From an uncultured Bacteroidales bacterium (GTDB lineage: Bacteria; Bacteroidota; Bacteroidia; Bacteroidales; UBA1402), in assembly GCA_964575345.1 (NCBI GenBank), contig CAZNQD010000001.1:100367-164366 (forward strand): a stretch of 64,000 bases of DNA, in the 5' to 3' direction. The position numbers and the translations under genes were made by a program. The notes under the pieces were generated by a model. The model saw nothing but the letters and a program-made list of their open reading frames with translations. It did not search any database and was not told where the DNA came from. Positions 43,666 to 53,526 of the stretch are shown piece by piece (position 1 is the first letter of the stretch; every line of letters starts with the position of its first letter).

Positions 43666-45342
43666 TCAAATAGTTGAATAAAATGCCTTTTCGGTCAACT
43701 CTCCCAATTGACAATACTCCCGATATTTAGATTCGTAAAAGCGAACCATTTCGGGATTGGGGCGATACTCCTTGGTGAAGCCCTGTCCCATGGATATCTG
43801 GGCATTCTCTACCTTGTCGTAAACTCCTGCCACTACGGCGGCAAACATGGCAGCACCAAAGGCACAGGTTTGTTCGCAACGGGCTACCTTGATAGGCTGG
43901 TTGAGTACATCGGCCATAATTTGCATTACAAGGGGTGATTTCAGAGAGATACCACCTATACCAATAATGGTGTCGATTTTGACTCCTTCCTGTTCGAAGC
44001 GCTCGGCAATGGCTTTGGATCCGAATGCAGAAGCTTCCACCAGGGCTCTGAACATCATGGGAGCCGTAGTACCCAGAGTCAGGCCGGTGATACTGCCCAT
44101 TACCAGCTGGCTGGCATCGGGAGTGCGCCGTCCGTTCATCCAGTCGGTTGCCAATACGGAACTTTCGTTGGGGTCAACTTTGGCAGCTTGCTCCGAAAGC
44201 AGGGGAATCATTTTGTCCAATGCTTCGTCCACCAGCATTTGTTTGGTCTTGATATCCAGCAGATCCGATTTGGCAATGATTTCTTCCACCGGCCAGGCCA
44301 GGACACGTTTAAACCAGGCATAAATATCTCCAAAAGCAGACTGTCCGGCTTCCAGACCAACGTAGCCCGGAATGACAGAACCATCGACCTGTCCGCAGAT
44401 GCCTTTGACCAATTTGTCTCCCATTTCTTTATAAGAAGCGGTAACTATATCACAGGTAGAAGTGCCTATCACTCTTACCCAGGCGTTGGGAACGATTTCT
44501 GCTCCCACGGCACCCATGTGGCAATCGAAAGCACCAACACCCACAGCCACTTTGGTAGTAAGCCCCAGGCGTTTGGCCCATTCTTCGCTGAGGTGGCCAA
44601 CGCAGACATCGCTGGTGTAAGTGTCTTTATACAGTCGTTCACGATAACCGGCCAGCAGGGGATCAAGTTTGGTCAGGAAATCTTCCGAAGGCAAACCACC
44701 CCATTTTTCATGCCACATGGCTTTGTGGCCCGCTGCACAACGACTGCGTTTCATTTTACCCGGTTGTGCCGTACCACATATGTGGGCAGGCAGCCAATCG
44801 CAATGTTCGGCAACTGAATAAGCGGCTTTGCGTACACTTTCGTCAGTCCGGAGAATATGCAATATTTTTGCCCAGAACCATTCAGAGGAATATACGCCGC
44901 CTTCGTAAGCCGTGTAATCTATTTTCCATTGTTTGGCCAATTCGTTGATTTCTGCCGCTTCTTTAATGGCTGTGTGATCTTTCCACAGAATGAACATGGC
45001 ATTGGGATTCTCCGCAAATTCAGGGCTCAAAGACAAAGGCTGCCCTTGCTTGTCGGTAAAAACCGGAGTGCTGCCGGTGGTGTCAAAAGACATCCCTATT
45101 ACCTTTTCGGCCACTTCAGGATCGCAATTGGCTAATGCTTCTTTGACGGAGGCTTCCAGACATTCCAGATAATCTTTGGGATGTTGGCGGTATTGGTTAG
45201 CTGTCGGTTGACAATATTTGCCTTCGGCCCACCTGGGATAATAGCGCACTGAAGTACCCAATTCTTCTCCGGTAAGGGCATCGACCACCAGAGCACGACA
45301 AGAGTCTGTTCCGTAATCCAGTCCTATAACGTATTTTTTCAT
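43666..45342 (-). CDS. araB: ribulokinase
   Basis: 558 aa FGGY-family kinase (IGLDYGTDSCRALVVD start). Lies in the araBAD context. Confidence 0.9.
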   Translation of the reverse strand: MKKYVIGLDYGTDSCRALVVDALTGEELGTSVRYYPRWAEGKYCQPTANQYRQHPKDYLECLEASVKEALANCDPEVAEKVIGMSFDTTGSTPVFTDKQGQPLSLSPEFAENPNAMFILWKDHTAIKEAAEINELAKQWKIDYTAYEGGVYSSEWFWAKILHILRTDESVRKAAYSVAEHCDWLPAHICGTAQPGKMKRSRCAAGHKAMWHEKWGGLPSEDFLTKLDPLLAGYRERLYKDTYTSDVCVGHLSEEWAKRLGLTTKVAVGVGAFDCHMGAVGAEIVPNAWVRVIGTSTCDIVTASYKEMGDKLVKGICGQVDGSVIPGYVGLEAGQSAFGDIYAWFKRVLAWPVEEIIAKSDLLDIKTKQMLVDEALDKMIPLLSEQAAKVDPNESSVLATDWMNGRRTPDASQLVMGSITGLTLGTTAPMMFRALVEASAFGSKAIAERFEQEGVKIDTIIGIGGISLKSPLVMQIMADVLNQPIKVARCEQTCAFGAAMFAAVVAGVYDKVENAQISMGQGFTKEYRPNPEMVRFYESKYREYCQLGELTEKAFYSTI

Positions 45343-45352
45343 AATGAATGAT

Positions 45353-46855
45353 TTAGCGCAATGCTTTGTTCAACATATAATAAACTTCGTTGGTACGCAT
45401 ATCCTGTTTGAACTGACGAATGGTAGTATCCTTGTCAATAAGCAGCAATTCAATATCAGCGATTTCGGCATAGTCTTCCATGTATTCTTTGGTAAGCGAG
45501 AAAGAGAAGCTGGAATGGTGGGTACCTCCGGCCAGGATCCAGGCTCCTGCTCCCACTTCGAAGTTGGGTTGAGGAATCCAGAGCGCACTGGCCACCGGCA
45601 GTTTAGGCAGAGCCTTGGGTTTGATGACTTTCACATCGTTTACGATCATGCGGAAACGATTGCCCATATCTACTATAGTACAGGCAACTCCTTCGCCTTC
45701 GTGAGCAGTAAAGACCAAACGGGCACAGGTGCCGGCATCCCCGATACCCAGGAAATGTACCTGAATTTTGGGTTTAACTTTCGAAATGGCGGGACTGATC
45801 TCCAACATATGTGCCTGAAGCACGGAACTTTTTTCGCCATCGAAATTCAGGGTATAATCTTCCAGGAAAGAACCTCCGCCTTCGAGCCCAAGGCTCATGA
45901 CGTACATGGTTCTTACCAGAGCAGCAGTCTTCCAGTCTCCTTCGGCGCCGAAACCATAGCCATCGGCCATCAGGCGTTGTGCGGCAAAGCCCATGAGTTG
46001 ATCCATGCCTTCCAGTTCATCGAAACTCGAAGTAAAAGCTTTGGCTCCTTTTTCGTCCAGGAAACGGCGCAGGCCTATTTCCTGAGCAGCGGCGGCACGT
46101 AAATGGCTGTGGTTTTCACCTCCTTTGGCTGCATCGGGAGCAATGTCGTATAATTTATCGTATTCTGCCACCAAAGCATCAATTTCGGCATCGGTAACAG
46201 CATTGACATAAGGTACCAATTTGGCGATGGGAGCATTGTCCACGTGATAACCCAGACGAATTTCGGCTTCCACTTTATCACCGTCGGTCACAGCCACGTT
46301 ATTCATGTTGTCACCGAAGCGAATGATACGCATACTCTGAGCATCTGCCCAGCCGGCGCAAACACGCATCCAGACGGCAATCTTGTCCTGAGTTGACTGA
46401 TCTTTCCAATAACCGACAACCACTTTACGTGGTTTGCGAAGGCGACTGGTAATATGGCCAAATTCCCGGTCTCCGTGAGCACTTTGGTTCAGGTTCATGA
46501 AATCCATATCCATGGTGTCCCAGGGGATTTTTTCGTTGTATTGTGTGTGCAAATGCAGCAAAGGTTTTTTGAAATCCATCAGGCCGTGTATCCACATTTT
46601 GGCCGGCGAAAAAGTATGCATCCAGGTAATTACACCTATACATTTAGTATCAGCATTGGCAGCTCTGAAAGCCGCAGAGATTTCGTCAGACGAATTGACG
46701 GTGCCTTTGTAAATAACTTTCACGGGCAGTCTGCCGGAATCGTTCAAACCCTTTACCATTTCATTGGAATGTGCATCAACTGACACAACTGCATCACCAC
46801 CGTACAACAACTGTGCACCGGTAATGAACCATACTTCAAGATCGCGATAATTCAT
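45353..46855 (-). CDS. araA: L-arabinose isomerase
   Basis: 500 aa. EVWFITGAQLLYG start and MNLNQSAHGDREFG are typical of AraA. Confidence 0.95.
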   Translation of the reverse strand: MNYRDLEVWFITGAQLLYGGDAVVSVDAHSNEMVKGLNDSGRLPVKVIYKGTVNSSDEISAAFRAANADTKCIGVITWMHTFSPAKMWIHGLMDFKKPLLHLHTQYNEKIPWDTMDMDFMNLNQSAHGDREFGHITSRLRKPRKVVVGYWKDQSTQDKIAVWMRVCAGWADAQSMRIIRFGDNMNNVAVTDGDKVEAEIRLGYHVDNAPIAKLVPYVNAVTDAEIDALVAEYDKLYDIAPDAAKGGENHSHLRAAAAQEIGLRRFLDEKGAKAFTSSFDELEGMDQLMGFAAQRLMADGYGFGAEGDWKTAALVRTMYVMSLGLEGGGSFLEDYTLNFDGEKSSVLQAHMLEISPAISKVKPKIQVHFLGIGDAGTCARLVFTAHEGEGVACTIVDMGNRFRMIVNDVKVIKPKALPKLPVASALWIPQPNFEVGAGAWILAGGTHHSSFSFSLTKEYMEDYAEIADIELLLIDKDTTIRQFKQDMRTNEVYYMLNKALR

Positions 46856-46894
46856 AATAGTGGAAAAAATTTATTTATTAATACTGTTTTTTGT

Positions 46895-47581
46895 TTATTG
46901 ACCATAATAGGCACCGGGCCCGTGTTTGCGGAAAAAATGTTTTTTTATGAGCAGAGGGTTCATTGTAAGTTTGGGATTGACCGAAAAGGCTATATGAGCC
47001 ATTTTGGCTACCTGCTCCATAACAACGGCGTTGTGTACGGCGTCGTCAGCCGACTTGCCCCAGGCAAAAGGGCCATGGTTTTTGACCAGGACTCCCGGCA
47101 CCTGAACGGGATTAATGTCTTTGAAAGCCTCCACAATAACCAGGCCGGTTTCTTTTTCATATTCACCCATCACTTCCTCTTCGTTCATGTCGCGGGTGCA
47201 GGGTATTTCCCGGCTGAAATAGTCGGCCTGGGTAGTACCAATATTCGGAATGGCCAGTCCGGCCTGAGCCCAGGCGGTGGCGAAAGTGGAATGGGTATGA
47301 ACCACACCGCCAATTTCGGGAAAGGCTTTGTATAATTCTAGATGGGTGGCAGTGTCGGACGAGGGTTTGAGTTTCCCTTCTACTTTTTGCCCGTTCAGGT
47401 CGAGCACTACCATATCCTCAACCTTCATATCTTCGTAAGCTACTCCCGAAGGTTTTATCACCACCAGTCCTTTTTCCCTGTCGATGGCACTCACGTTGCC
47501 CCAGGTAAAAATAACCAGGCCGTGTTTTACCAAATCGAGGTTGGCCTTAAATACTTTTTCTTTGAGTAATGACAGTTCCAT
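46895..47581 (-). CDS. araD: L-ribulose-5-phosphate 4-epimerase
   Basis: 228 aa class II aldolase/epimerase fold. [16 protein letters not shown] motif. Confidence 0.9.
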   Translation of the reverse strand: MELSLLKEKVFKANLDLVKHGLVIFTWGNVSAIDREKGLVVIKPSGVAYEDMKVEDMVVLDLNGQKVEGKLKPSSDTATHLELYKAFPEIGGVVHTHSTFATAWAQAGLAIPNIGTTQADYFSREIPCTRDMNEEEVMGEYEKETGLVIVEAFKDINPVQVPGVLVKNHGPFAWGKSADDAVHNAVVMEQVAKMAHIAFSVNPKLTMNPLLIKKHFFRKHGPGAYYGQ

Positions 47582-47601
47582 AAGGATAAATTTCTATATT
47601 C

Positions 47602-48291
47602 TTATAAGTTGAAGCAAAAGCCGTTTTGACTTGCTTTTTCGTATTCTTTGTGATCAAAGGTATATAAAAAGGCTCCCTTCCTTGAACCCTGTTTGTCCTT
47701 TTCATTCAATTTAACCAAAAAGGGCATGGACTTAATTTTCTTGCGAAAATTACGTTTATCCAAAGGCCGGTCATAGATTGCTTCAAACAAGGTTTGCATT
47801 TGAGGGAGCGTGAATTTCTCTGGCAAGAGGTTGAAGCTAACCGGTTTGGTGGATGCAGTATGCCTCAATGTCTTCAAGGCAAAATCAACCATCTCTGGAT
47901 GGTCAAAAATCAAATCGGGCAGTTCGTCGATATTAAACCAATGCGCCTGATAGGAAGGTTTAATTTTGAGAGCTTCCTGCTCCAGGTCAATCAAGGCATA
48001 GAAAGCGACGGAAAGCACTCTTTCTCCGGGATCGCGTCCGGGCTGACTAAACATTTTCAATTGCTCCATATAAATGTTTTCGAGCCCGGTCAGATTGGAT
48101 AAGACTCGTTCTGCGGCTGCTTCGGCGCTCTCGTTTTCTTCGATAAATCCTCCCGGCAGGGACCAGGTGCCTTGTGCCGGTTCCATTTTACGTTTGCACA
48201 CCAAAAGATTCAACTGCCCCTTTGCAAAGCCGAAAACCAGGCAATCGACAGATACAAAAAATCGGGAATGCTCCTTATAGAATGAATTCAT
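47602..48291 (-). CDS. araR: Nudix-domain / winged-helix regulator of the NrtR family (AraR-type arabinose regulator)
   Basis: Nudix box LPGGFIEENESAEAAAERVLSNLTG plus a C-terminal ~90-aa domain. It occupies the same operon position as the Bacteroides thetaiotaomicron AraR. Confidence 0.7.
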   Translation of the reverse strand: MNSFYKEHSRFFVSVDCLVFGFAKGQLNLLVCKRKMEPAQGTWSLPGGFIEENESAEAAAERVLSNLTGLENIYMEQLKMFSQPGRDPGERVLSVAFYALIDLEQEALKIKPSYQAHWFNIDELPDLIFDHPEMVDFALKTLRHTASTKPVSFNLLPEKFTLPQMQTLFEAIYDRPLDKRNFRKKIKSMPFLVKLNEKDKQGSRKGAFLYTFDHKEYEKASQNGFCFNL

Positions 48292-48336
48292 GCCTTCAAT
48301 TGTGTAGGTACAAAAACCGGAAAAGTTTTATATAAT

Positions 48337-48368
48337 CAGGTGAACCCGGCAAAAACCGGGTTCACCTG
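48337..48368 (-). terminator. strong hairpin between the symporter and araR
   Basis: CAGGTGAACCCGG-caaaaa-CCGGGTTCACCTG, a 13-bp perfect stem. The downstream T-tract on the minus strand is interrupted. Confidence 0.5.
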
Positions 48369-48375
48369 AAAAGAA

Positions 48376-50247
48376 TTACCAGAATACAGCGTAAAGAGCG
48401 ACGATGATTACGACTATTCCCATTGCTCCCAGCAGGAAGCCTGTGTCTGTTTTGAATAAGCCGGTATTCATTTCGTAGGCCTTTGCGTCCTTATGGGTGG
48501 AATTGGCATTGGTAAACATCATGATTGAAAGGAAGCCAAGGAGGAAGGTTAACAGTAAGATGGAGTGGAAGCCAATGTGTCTGAGGCTGAGACCAAACCA
48601 ATCTGTTCCGAAAACAGCTGCGCTGATAAGAGTGATACCTGCAGCGATGGCAAAGAACCAGCCGGCTTTTACCAGACCTTTGCGTTTTGCGGGCGATTCC
48701 GGCTCTACGACTACCTGGTGCTTTTTGTCGAGGAAAGTAATGATGACGGCCATTGAAATCAAAATCATACAGACATAACCCATACGAAGAATAAAGGGCA
48801 GATCAGGTAAGGCTATTTTCATAAGAATGCCAACCGGTATGGTTGCAATGGTAGTCCATAAGGCAGAGGTATTGGTTGCTCTTTTCCAAAGAAGCCCCAT
48901 ACCAAACACTACTACCACGCCCGGATAAATAAAGCCTGTAAATTCCTGGATATACTGGAAAGCCTGATCCATTCCTCCCAATAAAGGTTTGGCTGCAACA
49001 ACGGCAATAACCAATGCAACCATTGCCGTTAAACGACCTACGAGAACCAATTGTTTTTCGCTGGCGTTTTTATTAATCTGTTGTTTGTAGATATCCATAG
49101 TGAAAATGGTCGAAGTGGAATTCAGCATCGAAGCCAGTGAAGAGACTACGGCAGCAACCAGGGCAGCAAATGCCAGACCGCGAATGCCCACGGGAGCAAA
49201 GTTGCGCAACAACCAGGGGTAAGCATCGTCTGCCCGTCCTATCGTGCCTGTGAGCGTTTCGTGTAAATTGGGAAATTCGCCCTGATGTTCAAACATGACA
49301 AAGGCGGTGATGCCGGGGATTACTACGATAAGAGGGATCAGTATTTTGAGGAAGCCGGCAAAAATCAAGCCTTTTTTTGCTTCCTGCAGGTTCTTGGCAG
49401 CCAAACCTTTTTGAATAATATATTGGTTGAATCCCCAATAACCAAGGTTGGTAAGCCACATGGCACCAAAAATTACAGCCAGGCCGGGCAATTCTTTGAA
49501 GCGTTCCCCGTCAATGTTCTGGTCAATAATCATGCTGAAATGCAAGTCGCCCTGGGTTTCTTTGATCTTGGTGAAAATGGTTTTGAAGCCTTCGATGGCG
49601 CTGTTGGCATCACCACTGACAGCTGCAAGGGCAAACCAGGCGGTAATAAGTCCGCCGCCCACAAGAAAGACCACCTGCAACACATCGGTCCAGGCTACTG
49701 CTTTCAGGCCGCCGTAAATAGAATAAATACCGGAAAACAACAAGAGGCCGATTACTCCGTACATTTGGGGTATACCCAAAATCTGATTCATTGCCAGTGC
49801 TCCCAGCCAGGCTACCGAAGTCAGATTTACAAACACGTAAACCAACAACCAGAAGAAAGAGAAAAAGAAAGCCACACCTTTTCCATAGCGTTCACGTGCC
49901 AGTTGTGGAATGGTGAAAATCTTTCTGTCCAGCATTATGGGCAAGAGGTATTTTGCCACCAGGATCAAGGTGATGGCCGCCAGCCATTCGTAGGCTGCAA
50001 TACCCAAGCCAATGCGAAAACCGGAACCGGACATTCCGATAAAATGTTCAGCCGAAATATTGGCTGCAATCAGAGAGGCTCCAATAGCCCACCATGAAAG
50101 TTTGCCACCGGCCAGAAAATAATCCTTGGAATCTCTCTCCACTCCTTTTTTGGAACGTGAAAGCCAAAGGCCGAGCCCTACAATCATCACAGCGTACGCG
50201 ACAAAGATGATGTAGTCGAGGGTTGTAAAACCAGCGTTATTAGTCAT
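48376..50247 (-). CDS. sodium:sugar symporter (SGLT/SSS family)
   Basis: 623 aa with about 14 TM helices. KDYFLAGGKLSWWAIGASLIAANISAEHFIG is typical of SGLT-type transporters. Confidence 0.85.
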   Translation of the reverse strand: MTNNAGFTTLDYIIFVAYAVMIVGLGLWLSRSKKGVERDSKDYFLAGGKLSWWAIGASLIAANISAEHFIGMSGSGFRIGLGIAAYEWLAAITLILVAKYLLPIMLDRKIFTIPQLARERYGKGVAFFFSFFWLLVYVFVNLTSVAWLGALAMNQILGIPQMYGVIGLLLFSGIYSIYGGLKAVAWTDVLQVVFLVGGGLITAWFALAAVSGDANSAIEGFKTIFTKIKETQGDLHFSMIIDQNIDGERFKELPGLAVIFGAMWLTNLGYWGFNQYIIQKGLAAKNLQEAKKGLIFAGFLKILIPLIVVIPGITAFVMFEHQGEFPNLHETLTGTIGRADDAYPWLLRNFAPVGIRGLAFAALVAAVVSSLASMLNSTSTIFTMDIYKQQINKNASEKQLVLVGRLTAMVALVIAVVAAKPLLGGMDQAFQYIQEFTGFIYPGVVVVFGMGLLWKRATNTSALWTTIATIPVGILMKIALPDLPFILRMGYVCMILISMAVIITFLDKKHQVVVEPESPAKRKGLVKAGWFFAIAAGITLISAAVFGTDWFGLSLRHIGFHSILLLTFLLGFLSIMMFTNANSTHKDAKAYEMNTGLFKTDTGFLLGAMGIVVIIVALYAVFW

Positions 50248-50298
50248 AACAAAAGATTAATTAGTTAATATTAAGGTTTTTAAAAAATTATTTCTTAC

Positions 50299-51606
50299 TT
50301 AGTTTTTGTTGCAGGGCTTTTTTTCGGAGTTGACGCAATGTTCCGCTTCGGAGCCGGCGCAGGGTTTTTCTTTAACTTCTCCACAGGATTGTTGGCAGCA
50401 GGAATCGGAGCAAGCTGCTCCCTCTTTGTCTTTGCAACATTCCTTGTTCTTATCACAACATTCTTTAGCCTTGTTGCTGCACTTCACGCCAAACTGGTAA
50501 ATACAATGGCTGGTGTATTTTTCGCCGGGACGTAATACTACCGATGGCCAGTCAGCCTTGTTGGGGCTGTCGGGATAATGCTGGGTTTCCAGACAGATGG
50601 CGGCACGCTGATTATAGACGATACCCTTTTTGCCGCTCAAACTGCCGTCCAGGAAATTGCCGGTATATATCTGTACTCCGGGTTCAGAAGTGAAAACCTT
50701 GAGTATACGTCCGCTTTGGGGATCAAGCAACAGACAAGCCGGTTTAGCAGCATCTCCTTCGGTATTTAACACCCAGTTGTGGTCGTAACCGTTGCCGTTT
50801 TTAAGTTGTTCAAAACTAAAGTCGTCAATGCGTTTTCCAATAATTTCGGGTTTGCGGAAATCCATCGGAGTATTGCATACGGGAGCGATTTCGCCGGTGG
50901 TCATAAAGGTCGAATCAACCGGGGTAAAGGCATCGGCATTGATCATCAGAACATGATCGGTTATGCTTTGCGAAGGATCAGCACTCAGATTGAAATAAGA
51001 ATGGTTGGTCAGGTTGACTATGGTCGGTTTATTGGTTTCTGCCTCGTAACGAATGTCAATGCTGTTGTCGTCGGTAAGCGTATAAACGGCTTTAACTTTG
51101 AGCTCGCCCGGGAAGCCCATCTCTCCGTCTTGGGAAACATAGGAAACCTCCAAACTTTGTTCATCCAGCTGTTTGATGTCAAACATGCGGTACTGGAAAC
51201 CCTTTACTCCGCCATGAAGGCTGTGTCCGAAATTGTTCACGGACAATTGGTATTCCACGCTGTCCAGACAGAATTTACCCTGATTGATGCGATTACCGTA
51301 ACGGCCGATAAATGCGCCAAAATCGGTGGAATTGTCCAGGTAATCCTGAATATTGTCAAAACCCAGGACTACGTCGCCGAATTTTCCCTTTTGATCGGGC
51401 ACCATTATAGAAACAATGCGGGCTCCGTAATTAATCATACAAACCTCCATGCCGGCGGCATTTTTTAAAATGTACAAATCGTTTTGCTTGCCATCGATTT
51501 CGGTCTGGAAGTCAATACGGTTTAGTTTTGCCTTGGGGGCATCGTAGCTGGTGCAGGCATTCAGCAATAACACCGCTGACGACAATAAATACACGAACTT
51601 TTTCAT
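50299..51606 (-). CDS. galM: aldose 1-epimerase (mutarotase) lipoprotein with a 60-aa Cys-rich C-terminal extension
   Basis: Lipobox LLLNAC. GFPGEL, NLTNHSYFNL and HYPDSPN mutarotase motifs. The tail starts after ...IYQFGVK. Confidence 0.85.
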   Translation of the reverse strand: MKKFVYLLSSAVLLLNACTSYDAPKAKLNRIDFQTEIDGKQNDLYILKNAAGMEVCMINYGARIVSIMVPDQKGKFGDVVLGFDNIQDYLDNSTDFGAFIGRYGNRINQGKFCLDSVEYQLSVNNFGHSLHGGVKGFQYRMFDIKQLDEQSLEVSYVSQDGEMGFPGELKVKAVYTLTDDNSIDIRYEAETNKPTIVNLTNHSYFNLSADPSQSITDHVLMINADAFTPVDSTFMTTGEIAPVCNTPMDFRKPEIIGKRIDDFSFEQLKNGNGYDHNWVLNTEGDAAKPACLLLDPQSGRILKVFTSEPGVQIYTGNFLDGSLSGKKGIVYNQRAAICLETQHYPDSPNKADWPSVVLRPGEKYTSHCIYQFGVKCSNKAKECCDKNKECCKDKEGAACSDSCCQQSCGEVKEKPCAGSEAEHCVNSEKKPCNKN

Positions 51607-51634
51607 AGCGTACCAATTTAAGATTTATCGAATG

Positions 51635-52414
51635 TTATTTAGGTTGTTTGCCAATGTATGCCAAAATGCCGCCGTCCACATAAAGAATGTGGCCATTCAC
51701 GAAATCCGAGGCAGAAGAAGCCAGAAAAATAGCCGGCCCCTGCAAATCTTCGGGCGTGCCCCAGCGGGCCGCAGGAGTTTTGGCAATAATAAATTCGTTG
51801 AAGGGATGTCCGGGAACCCGTAAAGGAGCTGTTTGCGGAGTAGCAATATAGCCCGGTCCCAGTCCGTTCACCTGAATATTGAATTCACCCCATTCACTGG
51901 CCAGATTGCGTGTTAGCATTTTGAGGCCACCCTTGGCTGAAGCGTATGCAGCTACGGTTTCGCGGCCTAACTCACTCATCATTGAACAGATATTGATTAT
52001 TTTACCAGCTTTTTTCTTTATCATGCCGGGAGCAACGGCTTTGGACACGATAAAGGGCCCGTTCAGGTCGATATCGATCACCTGGCGAAATTCGGCAGCG
52101 GTCATATCAACGGCCGGAATGCGTTTGATGATGCCGGCGTTGTTTACCAGTATATCAATAACGCCTACTTCTTTTTCGATTAGGGCCACCATGGCGTTTA
52201 CCTGATCTTCGTTGGTAACATCACAAACATAGCCTTTGGCTTCGATGCCCGAAGCCTTGTACTCTTCCAGGCCTTTCTCGATCAATTCGGGTTTAATGTC
52301 GTTGAAGATAATTTTGGCACCGGCTTGTGCGTAAGCCTTGGCAATAGCCATTCCAATGCCGTAAGATGCACCGGTTACCAGCGCAATTTTTCCTTCTAAT
52401 GAAAATGGATTCAT
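51635..52414 (-). CDS. SDR-family oxidoreductase (gluconate 5-dehydrogenase / KduD-like)
   Basis: TGASYGIG and YASAKGG motifs. I prefer the ATG at 52414 (MNPFSLEGK) to the track's TTG at 52435. Confidence 0.85.
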   Translation of the reverse strand: MNPFSLEGKIALVTGASYGIGMAIAKAYAQAGAKIIFNDIKPELIEKGLEEYKASGIEAKGYVCDVTNEDQVNAMVALIEKEVGVIDILVNNAGIIKRIPAVDMTAAEFRQVIDIDLNGPFIVSKAVAPGMIKKKAGKIINICSMMSELGRETVAAYASAKGGLKMLTRNLASEWGEFNIQVNGLGPGYIATPQTAPLRVPGHPFNEFIIAKTPAARWGTPEDLQGPAIFLASSASDFVNGHILYVDGGILAYIGKQPK

Positions 52415-52431
52415 GTTAATACTATTTTTTG

Positions 52432-53277
52432 TCAACGTAATTCGGTAAAAGTGAAGAAATCCTGATCTCCGTAATCAAGGTTTTCGCCGCCCATTCCCCA
52501 GATAAAGGTGTAATTGTTGGTGGCAGCAGCTGAATGAATTGACCATTCCGGCGAGAGCACGGCCTGGTTGCGTTTCATCCAGATATGGCGGGTTTCGGCG
52601 GGTTCTCCAAGAAAATGACAAACAGCGTGCTCTTCGGGCAGATCAAAATAAAAATACGCTTCCATACGGCGGCTGTGGATATGAGCGGGCATGGTATTCC
52701 AAATGCTGCCGGGAGCCAGCTCGGTCATTCCCATTTGCAATTGACAGGTAGGTAAAACCTGATTCACGATCATCTTGTTGATGTTTCTGTGGTTGGCGCT
52801 TTCCATGCTGCCCATTTCGGCAACAATAGCGTTTTCTTTGGTGATTTTTTTGTCCGGATAAGTCATGTGAGCTACCAAAGAGTTGAAGTAAAACAAGGCA
52901 GGATTAGTAAGATCTTTGCTTTCGAAGTACACTTCTCTGTCGCCGGCACCCAGATAAAGAGCCTCTTTGTATTTTAAAATAAACTGTTTATCTCCAACCT
53001 TTACAATGCCTTCGCCCAGGCCTACATTGAAAATGCCTAATTCGCGGCGGTGCAGAAAGCAGGGAGCTTTCAGGGCGTCTATTGCCTCCAGTTTCAGAGA
53101 TTCACCCTTGGGCAGAGCGCCCCCTACAATCATTCTGTCGTACATGGAATATACCATGTTTACTTCGTTGGCAACAAAAAGATGGTCGATTAGAAAGTCC
53201 CTTCTAAGCTCTTCCGTGTCGTAACTTTTTACATCCCTGGGATGTGCCGCATAGCGGAGTTCGTAGTTGGTTTTCAT
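52432..53277 (-). CDS. kduI: 5-dehydro-4-deoxy-D-glucuronate isomerase
   Basis: 281 aa. The start MKTNYELRYAAHPRDVKSYDTEELR and the cupin His pattern are typical of KduI. Confidence 0.9.
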   Translation of the reverse strand: MKTNYELRYAAHPRDVKSYDTEELRRDFLIDHLFVANEVNMVYSMYDRMIVGGALPKGESLKLEAIDALKAPCFLHRRELGIFNVGLGEGIVKVGDKQFILKYKEALYLGAGDREVYFESKDLTNPALFYFNSLVAHMTYPDKKITKENAIVAEMGSMESANHRNINKMIVNQVLPTCQLQMGMTELAPGSIWNTMPAHIHSRRMEAYFYFDLPEEHAVCHFLGEPAETRHIWMKRNQAVLSPEWSIHSAAATNNYTFIWGMGGENLDYGDQDFFTFTELR

Positions 53278-53324
53278 GATGGAATATCGTGTTAAGTGTA
53301 AAAAGACCTTTTATTGACAAGTTG

Positions 53325-53332
53325 CAAAAGTA
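53325..53332 (-). promoter_or_regulatory. -7 box candidate (TACTTTTG) for kduI and downstream genes
   Basis: Exact TAnnTTTG on the minus strand, 48 nt upstream of the ATG at 53277. Confidence 0.5.
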
Positions 53333-53526
53333 ACATAAATCTGTTTATAATGAAAAAGCTTCCCATTATTTTTCATTTTTAAACTTAATCGGCTTCAGTT
53401 AATCGGGCTGTATTAACATTAATTGTAGAGTAAATTTTACCCGGGGATTAAACTATTTTTTGAAGCAGGCATCAAAAAGCCGTCATTTTTATTGAGAATC
53501 TATCTTTTTTTCACTTTACACTTATT

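Noticed and set aside
45344-46102. Long antisense ORFs inside well-supported genes. Examples: 45344-46102 in araA, 49285-50097 in the symporter, 50779-51468 in galM, 42172-42867 in tkt, 44188-44817 in araB, 18546-19172 and 20835-21320 in uvrA, 15221-15811 in epsG, and 38976-39482 in the polyferredoxin.
   Set aside because: Each lies fully opposite a gene with strong family motifs. Their translations are low-information (rich in G/F/H/Q, no recognisable motifs, no signal or TM logic). They are the expected stop-poor antisense frames of coding DNA.
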